From a virus (lineage: Duplodnaviria; Caudoviricetes): a stretch of 52,690 bases of DNA. Positions 18,405 through 29,288 of this stretch are shown piece after piece (the stretch's first letter is position 1; the number at the start of each line of letters is the position of its first letter). The notes under the pieces were generated by a model. The model was not told the origin of the DNA. It worked only from the letters and a program-made list of their open reading frames with translations, and made no database searches. The stretch lies in the IMG/VR virus record IMGVR_UViG_3300020020_000040, positions 1-52,690 of that record; one strand, 5' to 3'. The position numbers and the translations under genes were made by a program.

Positions 18405-19980
18405 CAGTAATAATCCACGGCAGAGTACACAGGCACAGGCGTTTATTCCTGCGTTTGGTGACGACACTCTTGCTCTTGGACAACTGTCTGACCGTACTCT
18501 CTCCAAGTTCTCTCTCGTTGATTGTGTCCCTACCTTCATCAAGAATGTGGGACAGGATCCAGTCTTCAGTGTGCTGCCACGTCCACCGATCATCTTCCGT
18601 ACTAGCCAAGCTGTAGGCGAGATGATTGTTGCTGTTGCTAAGGGTGAAGACGTACAGCCCAACTACGCTATGAACTCAGACGGTGAGATCTATGAGACCA
18701 ACCCGTCACAAGGACTGTACACTCTATTCGCTACCATCTCTACTACTGGTCCGTACATCTACACATCAGGGATTCAATTCGTAATTGCTGGTGTTAGATA
18801 CATGGCGTTCATGGCATGTAACGGTACTGGTGATGCAGACCTGCATGTGTATAACTTGACTGTTGGTGGTGCTCCCACTGTAGTTGATCTAGCTGCACAA
18901 GGGGTGTTGCTTCCTAGGGATCTTAGATTCCTGGATGGTTACCTGTTCATTCATGACGGTAACTATATCTACAACTCCAACGTTGGCCAACCTACTACGT
19001 GGCTCATCTCCACGAACTTCACAGCGGCGGAGATGGTTGGTGATAACATCACTGGCCTTGCTGTCCACAGGAACCATCTGGTTGTGTTTGGAACTACCTC
19101 TATCGAGTTCTTCTATAACGCGTCGATTGAGATTGGTTCTCCGATGAAGAGGCAAGCAGCTTATGCTACTACCTCCATTGGAAAGATTGAGAAGCCAAAC
19201 ATCCCTGACACTGGTCAGATTGAGGATAGACTTTACTTCGCTGCATTGGTTGATGGTGTTGAGGTTATGGCTGTCATTGACAACTTCAAGATCAAGTTGA
19301 TCAACGACAACGTAGTTCACAAACAAACGACCGCTACTATTGCTCTGGGTTATGAGATCCCACTGCCGGACTCGGCTTCCTCCATCAACGTAGTTAGGTT
19401 GTATGGTAACGCCGCAGTTGTTTGGTCTGGCCCTGGACAGCACTACGTCTACTTCCCTGATTCTAATTCATGGGCTTTGTTTAACATCAAAGATGCGACT
19501 AATGGTCTTCGATTGATTAGGTGGTTCTACACAGTAGCTGGAAAGACTAACGCCCTATTCCTAGACGCTGCCCCTGGGCAGGTTAACTATGGAATCATGG
19601 CACACAACGTCATTGTTGAAACAGCCACCACCCAAATCAACCCCGCTCCTGAATGGTACAGTCAAGTCCTAGAGTTTGGCAACTACAATAAGAAGCTGCT
19701 TAAGTGGGTGGATGTGATTGGTACGTTTGGTGCCTGGGGAATCTCCATGTCTCTGTCGTTGGATGAAGGTAGGAAGAACTACTGGATTACTACAGCAGAG
19801 ACTAAGAACCAGAACGATGCTGCATTCAATAACGAGATCTTTCCTGTCAGGTTTAGGATTAACCAACCAGTACGCAGGTTTGTGATCAAGGTTGTGTTTA
19901 CCCCAACTGGGAATATAGCAACAGACTCTCCATTCAACTTTGAAAAGTTGTCCCTAGAATTCAACCAGTATACATTATAA
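18397..19980 (+). CDS. Tail nozzle / P22 gp10-like stabilization protein
   Basis: Beta-propeller-like composition; FLDGYLF, AEMVGDNITGL, LVVFGTTSIEFF. Confidence 0.7.
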   Translation: MANSNNPRQSTQAQAFIPAFGDDTLALGQLSDRTLSKFSLVDCVPTFIKNVGQDPVFSVLPRPPIIFRTSQAVGEMIVAVAKGEDVQPNYAMNSDGEIYETNPSQGLYTLFATISTTGPYIYTSGIQFVIAGVRYMAFMACNGTGDADLHVYNLTVGGAPTVVDLAAQGVLLPRDLRFLDGYLFIHDGNYIYNSNVGQPTTWLISTNFTAAEMVGDNITGLAVHRNHLVVFGTTSIEFFYNASIEIGSPMKRQAAYATTSIGKIEKPNIPDTGQIEDRLYFAALVDGVEVMAVIDNFKIKLINDNVVHKQTTATIALGYEIPLPDSASSINVVRLYGNAAVVWSGPGQHYVYFPDSNSWALFNIKDATNGLRLIRWFYTVAGKTNALFLDAAPGQVNYGIMAHNVIVETATTQINPAPEWYSQVLEFGNYNKKLLKWVDVIGTFGAWGISMSLSLDEGRKNYWITTAETKNQNDAAFNNEIFPVRFRINQPVRRFVIKVVFTPTGNIATDSPFNFEKLSLEFNQYTL

Positions 19981-20390
19981 TGGGCATCAACTCACAACTA
20001 AGACCGACAATCAATAACGAGACCACCGATGGTGCTGGCAGTATTTCGTTTGGTAGTGAAAAGTTCGCTCCCTCGTTTACTGCTGGCATCACAGGTACTG
20101 GTAATGCTATTGGGTCATACCAACTGCTAAGTCGGATTGTATTCTTCAAGGTGATTATCCAAGGCTCGTTCACTGTTGGTGGTAGTGTGGTCATGGCAGA
20201 TCCAATATCACCTGCTCGATTCCCTGCAGGTCATGCATTAGCTGGTGATGTGTTGACTAGGGGAATGGGAAACATTGAGTCTTCAACTACAGGACCAGCC
20301 GTTACGTTTCAATTAGAACCAGGTGGATGGGCCATTACAGCCGGCACCTACACTTGGCTTAAACTAACCGGTTGGTACTGGGCCGAATAA
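19980..20390 (+). CDS. Putative tail protein
   Basis: TAATG-coupled; beta-rich, ends LTGWYWAE. Confidence 0.55.
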   Translation: MGINSQLRPTINNETTDGAGSISFGSEKFAPSFTAGITGTGNAIGSYQLLSRIVFFKVIIQGSFTVGGSVVMADPISPARFPAGHALAGDVLTRGMGNIESSTTGPAVTFQLEPGGWAITAGTYTWLKLTGWYWAE

Positions 20391-20402
20391 CAGAGGAAAA
20401 TT

Positions 20403-21500
20403 ATGGACGATTTTTATAGTCAATTTGCGCAGTCCTATGCAGGTGTTGGTGGCAGTCCTCAGATGCAGGCCATGATGAAGACCACTGCTGCTAATCCGGG
20501 ACAACCCTGGCAATGGTCACAGTATGACTCCATCGCTGGTATGACGATGGATCAGGCTCTTGCTACCGGTAAGATAGATGAGATCCCATCGTTCAGTCCT
20601 GGTATGTTTGAGCCTGGTGGTCAACAGCCTAGCAGGATGTACAACCAGTTCGGATCCCGTGATTTGTTTGGTGCTAATCATGAGCTTGGTGGTGATACCC
20701 GCGGTCGTATGTGGACTGTTGGTGCTGATGGCCGACTGCAAGATGCCGGTCTCCAAGAGACTTCCCAATGGGGTGCACTCAACTCATTCCTTGGTGCTAG
20801 CTTGCTTGGTGGTTTTGGTGCTGCTGCCTTGGGTGGTGGTGCTGGTGCTACTGTCGCTGCTCCCGGTGGACTGGAGATGGCTACTGCTGGTGCTGGCATG
20901 GGTGGAGTTGGATCGGTAGGTGCTTCGGCTGCTGCCACTGGTGCTGCCGCAGGCAGTGGTCCTATCTCTGTTGGTGGTGCAGGTGGATTGCCTTCCCAGG
21001 CAGCAGGTGCAGCAGGTGGTCTTGGTAGCCTCTTTGGTGGTGATACTGCAAGCCTTCTGCGTAACCTGATTGGTGGTGCTGGCGCAGCATACGATGCATA
21101 CCAAGGATACAAAGACGCTGGTGAAATGCGTGACTGGCTGACTGGCCAGACTCCTAACTTTGAATACTATCAAGACAAACTCAAGACGTCGTATGACGAT
21201 CCGGGTTCGTACTTCAAGGGAGCGGACTTCAATGCTGGGTTCGATGTGCTTCACAATAAACTTCAGAGGAACGATGCTGCTGGTGGACGCTTGGCTGCTG
21301 ACGCTGGCCGTCAATCTGAGCTTCAGAAGTATACCCTTGATAGTTTGAATGGATACCGTACTGGACTTGAGGGTGTGGTTAACAACCAGACTCGTGCCCG
21401 TCTAGGTGGTAACGAAGCGTTCATGGCTAACCAAGCTAATCGCAGGGATGCTATCTCTCCGATCACTACCTTCCTCGGCAACATTCTTGCTGGTCAATAA
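20403..21500 (+). CDS. Internal virion / DNA ejection protein
   Basis: Long Gly/Ala-rich hydrophobic central segment; position after the tail genes. Confidence 0.6.
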   Translation: MDDFYSQFAQSYAGVGGSPQMQAMMKTTAANPGQPWQWSQYDSIAGMTMDQALATGKIDEIPSFSPGMFEPGGQQPSRMYNQFGSRDLFGANHELGGDTRGRMWTVGADGRLQDAGLQETSQWGALNSFLGASLLGGFGAAALGGGAGATVAAPGGLEMATAGAGMGGVGSVGASAAATGAAAGSGPISVGGAGGLPSQAAGAAGGLGSLFGGDTASLLRNLIGGAGAAYDAYQGYKDAGEMRDWLTGQTPNFEYYQDKLKTSYDDPGSYFKGADFNAGFDVLHNKLQRNDAAGGRLAADAGRQSELQKYTLDSLNGYRTGLEGVVNNQTRARLGGNEAFMANQANRRDAISPITTFLGNILAGQ

Positions 21501-21509
21501 AGGATAATC

Positions 21510-22646
21510 ATGGCTGGATATGATGGTACTAAACTGAGTGGTGCCCTTGGGGGTCTCTTCAAGGGAGAGGCCATTCATCGCAGCATGCTGCAGGACATGG
21601 CTAACCTTGAACAGACTAGGGCTAGCACTGGCCAACTAAATCAGAAGATGCAGTTCGATCAGGAACTGCAACCTCTGCTGAAGAGAGAACAGGAACTGAA
21701 GAACACCACTTCGGAACTTGGTCACACGACTACTGAGATCGGGCACGACACTGCCCGTCTTGGACAGATCACTACTAAGCAGGCTCAAGAGAAAGAGGAC
21801 ATGGCTCAGTTCGCCGATAGGCAGAGGCAACTGTCTATTGAACTATCCGAGCTACCTCCTGGTATGCAGTGGGATTATGCGAAGGAAGCACTCAGCGAGA
21901 ACCCGAAGAGCAAGCACTTCTATGACAGCCTTCAAGCTGCTCAGATGAACAACATGATTCCCAAGAACAAGGATGGTAGCACTCCTACCTTGTCACAGGT
22001 TCTTAGTCGTATGTCAGATGCAACTATGCAAACCAGTCTTGCCATGCGTAAGATGCAGATTGAGGCAACTCAAGCTGGTATGATTGAAGGCATGAAGGGT
22101 GATAGGGCATTGCAGCTTGAGATGCTTAAAGGCAAGAACGACATGGCTGTTGCCCAGATGAAGGCAGGTGTTGATCGTCAGATCGCTGCTGCTAGACTCG
22201 CTGCTCAGAAGTCTGGTGTTGATACTGCTAAGACCTTCCAACAGAACGCCAACAAATATTTTGATATGGCGATGCAGGAAAAAGATCCTGAGAAACGGGC
22301 GATGATGCTTCAAGCTGCTAACCAGTTTAAGGAAGCTGCCATCTCTGTTGGTCCTGTTAGTGATCCTCAGCAGGCAGTGCTTGGTGAAGATGGTATTCAG
22401 TATGTGGATCGTAGGCCACCGCGTCAAGCGTTCGTCATGCCTGGTACGCAACCTGGTGCACCTGGTCAAATGCCACAAGCTCCGGCTGCTACTGTTAACA
22501 CTGCTCCTCAAGGGGCACAACCAGCACAGCAGGGACAAGGCAAGCGATACGAACCCAAGTCTAAAGCAGAAGCTCAGTCAATGATGAAGGCAGCCAAGAG
22601 TGGCGACACTATCATCTACAATGGAAAGGCATTCACTAAACCGTAA
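21510..22646 (+). CDS. Internal virion / DNA ejection protein
   Basis: Q/M/A-rich helical protein. Confidence 0.6.
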   Translation: MAGYDGTKLSGALGGLFKGEAIHRSMLQDMANLEQTRASTGQLNQKMQFDQELQPLLKREQELKNTTSELGHTTTEIGHDTARLGQITTKQAQEKEDMAQFADRQRQLSIELSELPPGMQWDYAKEALSENPKSKHFYDSLQAAQMNNMIPKNKDGSTPTLSQVLSRMSDATMQTSLAMRKMQIEATQAGMIEGMKGDRALQLEMLKGKNDMAVAQMKAGVDRQIAAARLAAQKSGVDTAKTFQQNANKYFDMAMQEKDPEKRAMMLQAANQFKEAAISVGPVSDPQQAVLGEDGIQYVDRRPPRQAFVMPGTQPGAPGQMPQAPAATVNTAPQGAQPAQQGQGKRYEPKSKAEAQSMMKAAKSGDTIIYNGKAFTKP

Positions 22647-22663
22647 TTCTTTACGAGGCATAA

Positions 22664-25600
22664 ATGGAAAAGGGTAATTGGGGTGATCTCGAAAAAGAGG
22701 TCACTGGTAGTTGGGGTGATCTAGAGCAAGAACTGGGCGGAAGTTCAGGTAAGTCGTCAGCAGATCTTCGCAAAGAATACGAAGCGATGCCTGATCGTGA
22801 TCTGACTACCATGGCATCTGACTTTGCTGGTCGTGCTACTAAGGCAGTCATGAGTATCCCCGGTTCTATTACCGGATTGGTTGCACCTAGCTCCCAGTTG
22901 GCCAAGGACTTCAAAGATGCCAACGAGATTATCGACAAGACATGGCTGTCTAGCCAAGCACAAGCACTGGATAAAGCTAATCAAGCTGGGATGAAAGAAG
23001 CCTCGGCTAAGGGTGAGTTGGGTGTCAGTGAGTGGCTTGGTCAGATGGCCAAGAACCCCACTGAACTACTCGGTAGTGAGGTGGTTGGTCAGGGTGGTCC
23101 TCTCATTGGTCTGGGTAAAGTCCTTGCCACTAAGAGCACTGCCCTTGCCCTTGGTGTTATGGGTACTATCAACAGTGCCTCTAGCATGGGTGAAGTCCGT
23201 CAGACATTCTATCAGAATGTACAGAAGGCTTCGGATGAAGATCTCCAAGCTACCACTCCATTGTATGCATCTCTCCGTAAGCAGATGGATGAAACCTCTG
23301 CTAAGAAGATTCTAGGAGAACAAATTGATGGCAAGCTTGTCGGCGGTATGGCCGCTGCTGGCGTTATTTCTTGGCTTGCTGGTAGGACTGGTGCTGAGAA
23401 AGCTATTGCGGGCGGGGCGGGTACGGGAGTATCTGGACTAATCAAGACTACCGGCAAGGAAGTTGTCGGTGGAATGGCGGAGGGTGGTACTACCAGCATC
23501 GGCGGTAACCTAGCTACGCAGTCCGTGGACCCCTTCCAAGACCTACTTGAAGGTGCAGCCCTTGGCGCTACACAAGAAGCGACTGTAGGCGTTGCTATGA
23601 GTGCTGGCGGGCATTTGCTCAGCAAGCAGGATGGCACACAGAAGGTCGTCGATAAGAAATCCAAGGAAGTTTTAGACGCTGTTGACAAACAAGTTCAGAA
23701 CAAGATTGTAGATACTGTAGTTCCTGATGCCAAGGGTGAGAAGGTTATGATGCCCAGTCCCCATGATCCTAATGTCATGTGGGAAGTGGACAAGAACAGC
23801 ACGGCCTATCGTAACTTCATGGCTAAGGCTACTGCTGCAGAGACGGGTAGTACGTATGGTGTGGATGTCGGTGATCCCGATAGCACTGATACTAACTTCC
23901 CGATGGCTAACAAGCAGCCAGTCCAAGTTGAAGCTGTTGTACAGCCCAAACAAGATTTCGGATTCACTAACATCGAAGATGATGGTATTAGTACAGTTGA
24001 TGTAGAACCTGTTGAAGTTACCCCGCCTCTTACCAAATCTGTAGATGTTGGCACTGCCTACAACTACCAGACGTTCCCTGAAGGAATGCTCCCTACGCCT
24101 ACGCCTATTCAAGTTCCTCGTGCTGACATGACGATGAATGAAGTGGTTCAGGAGCAGACACAAGATATGAACATGGGTGAGACCCTTGATTGGATCACTA
24201 CCCATGCTAAGAACCCTCAGTACCAGTGGATCTCCAATAGGCTGACTGGATTCGTCCGTGCCTATGAAGCCATTGGTGGTGAGTTCTCATTCAAGTCACA
24301 GAATGATCTGTTGAATATCCCAGGTGGTAAGGCTCAGGGTAGGTTGATCCCTAACCAGCCCAATCCACTGCGTGATCCCAATGAGATGCAGCCAGGTAGG
24401 ATGACTGCTGTTGTTGGGCAGCGTGGTCGTAGCTTCGAGACTATTCTCCATGAAGCTATCCATGGTATCACCAGCAACATGATCGCTCGGTCACAGTACG
24501 ATCCTAACTTTGCACTGGATCATCCTGCTATGAACCGTGCAGTCATGGATATGCAAGCTCTATTTGAACACGTTAGAGGTAAGTCGGATATCCCGAACCT
24601 GTCTAAGACTAATCAACGGATGTTTGATAACCTCCATGAGTTCATGTCCTATGGTCTGACTAATCCCCAGTCTGTCCAACACCTGAAGAACATTCCCTAT
24701 CAGAAGAGCAATGCCTTCGTTGAGTTCGTCCGGAAGATCGGTGATCTCCTTGGACTCACACAGAATCCTAATGCTCACGCTGAGATGCTGCGGATCTTTG
24801 ACGAGATCAGTCAGGATCCTATGCAAGCTGCCAAGACTGTACCTGTTAGTACCGTACTGGCTAAGGAGATGATCAACTACCGTAGACAGGGGTTCGATTT
24901 ACTAAATAAAACGGATCTGGAATCTGGGACGGAGGCTGCTGCCAATCTGGAAACCGACATTGCTGGCGTAGCCATGCTGTCTAAAGTTTCTGGAACGCAG
25001 AAAGCTGTATCTAAACAGTCCATGGCTGAAGCACAACAAGCATACAACTCTGCTTGGAAGTTTGAGAATGGTAAGGTAGTCATGAACCTTAAGGATACTG
25101 ACCCACATCCAGAAGCTACTGCTGCTGTGAACCAGGTCAGTGCTACCATGGACAAGTTCGTTGCTGCACTGAACAATCCTCTGTGGGTTCAACAGAACCC
25201 GAAGCTTGCGGAGAAGGTTCGTGCTATGCAGTCTCTGACTAACCAAGTAGTATCTCGACTGGGCAAGCGTGCTAGTACATCTGAACGTATGACTGCAATG
25301 CTTGACCTTGTTGGTAATGATCCTGCTAAGATTCTTCGTCTTGCACTGACAGATCCAGAGTTCTCTGGTCTGATGGCTGCTCGTACTAAGAACACTACCT
25401 ACATGAAAGCCTACCTCTCTGGTGTTCAGAACTTGTTTGATCTGAACAATATTGAGATGGGTGCTCTGATTACTAAGCTTGAGAACGCTGCTCCTGTTGC
25501 CCATGCACTGATCCCTGTATCCTCAGATGCATCCACTATCGGTACTCCTAACAGGACGGACAATCGTCTGTCTGGTTTGCTTGGTAACTTCCAATCCATC

Positions 25601-28144
25601 GGCACTCTTGATGAACTCAACATTGCTATGGCGGATCAACCGGGTGATATTAGCAGGAGTCCGATGGGACAACTACTGCGTCCTGGCATTCGACACCTGT
25701 CTGTTGACACTGGTCATCCGTTGATCAGCTTCGTCAACTACAGGATTGACCGTGCTCTATCCAAGGCCAAGTTCAAGATGAAGTCTGTTCTTGATACCAA
25801 GGATAAGCGATCGATGGTTAGTGCCATGCACAAGATGTCAGTGGAAGATAAGATCCTTGTGTCTAAGATCCTTCAGCGTGGTGATAAACTATCTGTGCAA
25901 GTGGATCCGTACCAGATTCCTGGGCTTACTAACGCCCAGATCAATGCCATCAATGCCCACTACCGAGTGGACGGAGATGTACTAGCAGAGCAACAAGCCG
26001 CTGCTAAAGCAACTGGTAACCCACCGATCAGGGCTCGGCATGGCCACACTCCTGCCTCTTTCCGTGGTACGTTTCGTGCACTGGTTAGGGATAAGGATGG
26101 TAACCCTATCGGGTTCATTGGTGAAGATAACAAGTATACCTTCGCTAAGGCTGAAGAGTGGGTGAAGAAGAATCATCCTGATGCTCACGTTACCCGTCTA
26201 CCGGATCGTGCTGCAGACAATGGATATAAGAACGCGGTTGATCTTCGTGAGTATCAGAAACTGTTTGCTGATATTCCTGATGCCTCGGAGGCTGTGATTG
26301 AAATCGCTAAGGCGATGGACAACAGCATCTACGGTATGGACAAGAGGATCAAGGAGAAGCTTGGTATCTGGGGTAGTGAAGGCAACAAGCCATGGCGTGA
26401 TGACAAGGACAATGCTAATGCATTCTTTGAGAATCTCCTGTCGTACTATGATGAGGCATACACTCACCATGCACTGCAGAGTCCTCTGAAAGATATCCAT
26501 AAAGCTACTACCGACTACGCGATGGATGCTCCCAACGCTGTTGAAGAAGTCAACCAGTATCTTCGTACCATGGTTTACCATGAGATGAATGATGTGGGTG
26601 CTGGAATCAACAAGCTAGTGGATGGTATCCTGAAAGGATTTGGCGGAAGTCTTCGTGGTACTAACAAGGCAATGTCCCCGATCAGGGAGTGGATGACTAC
26701 CTCTGCTCTTGGATTCTACAACATGCAATACCTAATGGCACAGCTTGTTCAAGTTGTAGCTACTGGTGGTCCTGTTGCTAGTGTCATCAAGAATGATCTG
26801 AAGCTCGGTACCTTTGATCAGGCTAAGGCGTATCGTGATAACCTCACGATGATGGCTGGCTTGGTTCTGGGTAAGGCTGGACCTCCGCTATCACCGGATC
26901 AGAAAGCTGCTCTTGCCTATATCAATGAGGAGACCATCGCTGGTCAATCCCACATTGAGCATAGGACTGCAGCCCACGCTGGACCTGCTGTGAGGATTGC
27001 CCGTAAGATTGGTCAGCAAACCATGAACCTTGGTGAAGCTATGACTCGTAGTCCTGTGTTCATCTCGTACTATAATCTGATTCGTAACAGCCCTGTCGGT
27101 AGAGCTATGCCTCTTGCTGACGTTCTGGATACTGCCAAGAATCTGACACAGTACGCGATGATCGACTACAACGCATGGCAGAGGCCACAGGTCTATGCTC
27201 GACTCGGTACTGCTGGTAGTCTTATCGGCACGTTCAGCACCTATAAACATGGTGTCATTGGTCTGAGTAAGACACTGGCTAAGGATGGTCTCAATGGTAA
27301 CATTGGTCCGTTCGTTCAGCTAGTGGCGTTCATGCTTGCGACTGCAGGTGCTATTGGTATGCCTGGTATCGAAGAGACTGACGAACTGATGAAGTGGTCT
27401 AACGAGAACCTTGGTACTAACATGCCTACACCGAAGGACTGGCTGCTGAAGAATGGACACCCGTGGCTTACCATGGGTCCGCTGTCTGGTATCACTGGTC
27501 TGGATCTCCATGCCAAGTATGCCATGAATAAGCTGGTCAATCTGAGCAGTGATATCATGCCCTCGTTGTCTATGTTCTACGATCCTCTGTCTGCTGTTGG
27601 TAAGCTTGCCGCTGAGTCGGTTAAGAATGGAGAGCCAAGGACTGCTACGGTTAAAGCTGCTGTTAAAGCAGCACTGCCTGCATCCCTGCGCAATCAGTTC
27701 GATACCCACTTCAATGTGAAAGAGACGCTATCAGGTAAAGGAAAGCTACTCAACAAGGAAGGTGAAGTCAAACAGTTGCTTACACAGGATGAAGTTGCTA
27801 CTCGTAAGAGTGTGCAAGGTGAGATCCTGGGTGCTAAGTCACTGACTGAATCCATTACATCCCAACGTTACTGGGAAGCTTCTAGTAAGATTAGGACGAA
27901 CGAAGATCGTATGTCTTCCATCTCCAACACATTCAAGAAATATGCATTGGATCAGTCTCTGTCTGCTGCACTGGCTAAGGAACTAATGGTTGACTATGTT
28001 GCTGCTGGTGGTAACCCTGACACCCTGATCAAGTCTGCTGGGGAGTATGTCAAGGACAGTCAACTGCCTGCCATCATGCGTGGTCTACTGAAAGGTAAAG
28101 CTACAGTGAATAAACAGATCGCCGCAGAAGCAATCAAAAAATAA
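22664..28144 (+). CDS. Large internal virion (ejection) protein with zincin-like HExxH domain
   Basis: 1826 aa, last gene of the arm; ILHEAIH and LHEFMSYGLTNP motifs. Confidence 0.7.
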   Translation: MEKGNWGDLEKEVTGSWGDLEQELGGSSGKSSADLRKEYEAMPDRDLTTMASDFAGRATKAVMSIPGSITGLVAPSSQLAKDFKDANEIIDKTWLSSQAQALDKANQAGMKEASAKGELGVSEWLGQMAKNPTELLGSEVVGQGGPLIGLGKVLATKSTALALGVMGTINSASSMGEVRQTFYQNVQKASDEDLQATTPLYASLRKQMDETSAKKILGEQIDGKLVGGMAAAGVISWLAGRTGAEKAIAGGAGTGVSGLIKTTGKEVVGGMAEGGTTSIGGNLATQSVDPFQDLLEGAALGATQEATVGVAMSAGGHLLSKQDGTQKVVDKKSKEVLDAVDKQVQNKIVDTVVPDAKGEKVMMPSPHDPNVMWEVDKNSTAYRNFMAKATAAETGSTYGVDVGDPDSTDTNFPMANKQPVQVEAVVQPKQDFGFTNIEDDGISTVDVEPVEVTPPLTKSVDVGTAYNYQTFPEGMLPTPTPIQVPRADMTMNEVVQEQTQDMNMGETLDWITTHAKNPQYQWISNRLTGFVRAYEAIGGEFSFKSQNDLLNIPGGKAQGRLIPNQPNPLRDPNEMQPGRMTAVVGQRGRSFETILHEAIHGITSNMIARSQYDPNFALDHPAMNRAVMDMQALFEHVRGKSDIPNLSKTNQRMFDNLHEFMSYGLTNPQSVQHLKNIPYQKSNAFVEFVRKIGDLLGLTQNPNAHAEMLRIFDEISQDPMQAAKTVPVSTVLAKEMINYRRQGFDLLNKTDLESGTEAAANLETDIAGVAMLSKVSGTQKAVSKQSMAEAQQAYNSAWKFENGKVVMNLKDTDPHPEATAAVNQVSATMDKFVAALNNPLWVQQNPKLAEKVRAMQSLTNQVVSRLGKRASTSERMTAMLDLVGNDPAKILRLALTDPEFSGLMAARTKNTTYMKAYLSGVQNLFDLNNIEMGALITKLENAAPVAHALIPVSSDASTIGTPNRTDNRLSGLLGNFQSIGTLDELNIAMADQPGDISRSPMGQLLRPGIRHLSVDTGHPLISFVNYRIDRALSKAKFKMKSVLDTKDKRSMVSAMHKMSVEDKILVSKILQRGDKLSVQVDPYQIPGLTNAQINAINAHYRVDGDVLAEQQAAAKATGNPPIRARHGHTPASFRGTFRALVRDKDGNPIGFIGEDNKYTFAKAEEWVKKNHPDAHVTRLPDRAADNGYKNAVDLREYQKLFADIPDASEAVIEIAKAMDNSIYGMDKRIKEKLGIWGSEGNKPWRDDKDNANAFFENLLSYYDEAYTHHALQSPLKDIHKATTDYAMDAPNAVEEVNQYLRTMVYHEMNDVGAGINKLVDGILKGFGGSLRGTNKAMSPIREWMTTSALGFYNMQYLMAQLVQVVATGGPVASVIKNDLKLGTFDQAKAYRDNLTMMAGLVLGKAGPPLSPDQKAALAYINEETIAGQSHIEHRTAAHAGPAVRIARKIGQQTMNLGEAMTRSPVFISYYNLIRNSPVGRAMPLADVLDTAKNLTQYAMIDYNAWQRPQVYARLGTAGSLIGTFSTYKHGVIGLSKTLAKDGLNGNIGPFVQLVAFMLATAGAIGMPGIEETDELMKWSNENLGTNMPTPKDWLLKNGHPWLTMGPLSGITGLDLHAKYAMNKLVNLSSDIMPSLSMFYDPLSAVGKLAAESVKNGEPRTATVKAAVKAALPASLRNQFDTHFNVKETLSGKGKLLNKEGEVKQLLTQDEVATRKSVQGEILGAKSLTESITSQRYWEASSKIRTNEDRMSSISNTFKKYALDQSLSAALAKELMVDYVAAGGNPDTLIKSAGEYVKDSQLPAIMRGLLKGKATVNKQIAAEAIKK

Positions 28145-28156
28145 CAAGCTGAAATG

Positions 28157-28201
28157 AAAAAAGCCCCTATAGTCGTGAGACCGTAGGGGCTTTCTTTTTT
28201 T
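28157..28201. terminator. Bidirectional intrinsic terminator between the convergent arms
   Basis: AAAAAAGCCCCTATAGTC-GTGA-GACCGTAGGGGCTTTCTTTTTTT. Confidence 0.9.
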
Positions 28202-28205
28202 CTAC

Positions 28206-28622
28206 TCAGTTTTTATCAGCACGTTCAATGGCTTGTTGATTACTATAGCTACCAGCAGCATAGCGAGTATTCAATTTGCGCATGTTACCAGCCTCAATAT
28301 GATCCATACCGAACCCAACAACATTGACTAGGGCTTGGAGGTAGAACCGGATATCACCAAGCTCTTCGAACAGATGCTTGCCATCCAGATCTTTACCATA
28401 GACTGTATGCTTCTTGATAATATCAACAACCTCACCAACTTCACCGGCAAGACCGAGAGCACAATGATTCAGTTGTGCTTTGAAGTCCTCATCTTTGAAC
28501 AGGCGACGAACAAAGACTTCATACTCTTCCGGAGGATCAGCGTCATGCAGTCCGGCAATCCTATATGTAGGTGTCATAGGCATCCTCGGATCAGACTCCG
28601 GCTGGAATCCGAAGAGGTTCAT
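28206..28622 (-). CDS. mazG: MazG-like nucleotide pyrophosphohydrolase
   Basis: LGLAGEVGEVVDIIKK, EELGDIRFY, NMRKLNTRY; start uncertain (28694/28622/28583). Confidence 0.85.
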   Translation of the reverse strand: MNLFGFQPESDPRMPMTPTYRIAGLHDADPPEEYEVFVRRLFKDEDFKAQLNHCALGLAGEVGEVVDIIKKHTVYGKDLDGKHLFEELGDIRFYLQALVNVVGFGMDHIEAGNMRKLNTRYAAGSYSNQQAIERADKN

Positions 28623-29079
28623 CTGCCCCTCGTTTGGCACGCTTCCACCACTGGATGAGCGGTTGTTTGTACTCATACTCTTTGTATTCTCCATTGCGAT
28701 TTAGGAATCCCCAAACTTTGACACGCTTCTCTCGGTGGATGAAGATTGTCCAGACTGTCTTCCAGTCATCCGGTAGAATGACTCGATGAAAGTCCGTACC
28801 CCTGAGTGTATTGAACCACCTAACTTTATGCAGATGTCCACCACGGTCCTCAATATACGAACCGGCAATGATAAGAGAAGCAGCGTAAGGCCAAGGATGA
28901 TCGTGCAGGCCGCGATCAGGATCGCTACCAACAAAACGATGCAGGTAACAAGTAAATCCCAGAACTGAGAATAGGAAGTATCTCTCCAGATATGGACGGA
29001 AGCTCCCGTCTTCATTGGTCTCTCCGATAATCCGCAGTGGCAGGTGTGAGGAAATGTGATATAGAAGATTACGTAGCAT
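28591..29079 (-). CDS. Cupin-fold protein
   Basis: YLHRF..SDPDRGLHDHPW...GSYIE and FHRV metal-binding pattern. Confidence 0.7.
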   Translation of the reverse strand: MLRNLLYHISSHLPLRIIGETNEDGSFRPYLERYFLFSVLGFTCYLHRFVGSDPDRGLHDHPWPYAASLIIAGSYIEDRGGHLHKVRWFNTLRGTDFHRVILPDDWKTVWTIFIHREKRVKVWGFLNRNGEYKEYEYKQPLIQWWKRAKRGADEPLRIPAGV

Positions 29080-29288
29080 TAGAACAACACCATCTTAATA
29101 GGTCCAATATGCACAATCAATCCCGACCGCTGTGTGATCTGAACATCATCACGCTGCAGCATGTCCTCGATTGTCCAATCGGGGTCGAGTTCCGTATCAT
29201 CGGGAAGTACCAATGAAGGATACTCAAACAATTCAAAGCCAAGTACCAGGCCGTGAACAAAGGCAAACTTAATCCTTCTTGGGAACAT
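29079..29288 (-). CDS. Hypothetical protein
   Basis: Tightly coupled ORF in the operon. Confidence 0.6.
   Translation of the reverse strand: MFPRRIKFAFVHGLVLGFELFEYPSLVLPDDTELDPDWTIEDMLQRDDVQITQRSGLIVHIGPIKMVLF

Noticed and set aside
22673-22735. Short direct repeat GNWGDLEKE / GSWGDLEQE
   Set aside because: Two-copy peptide repeat at the N-terminus of an ejection protein; not an array
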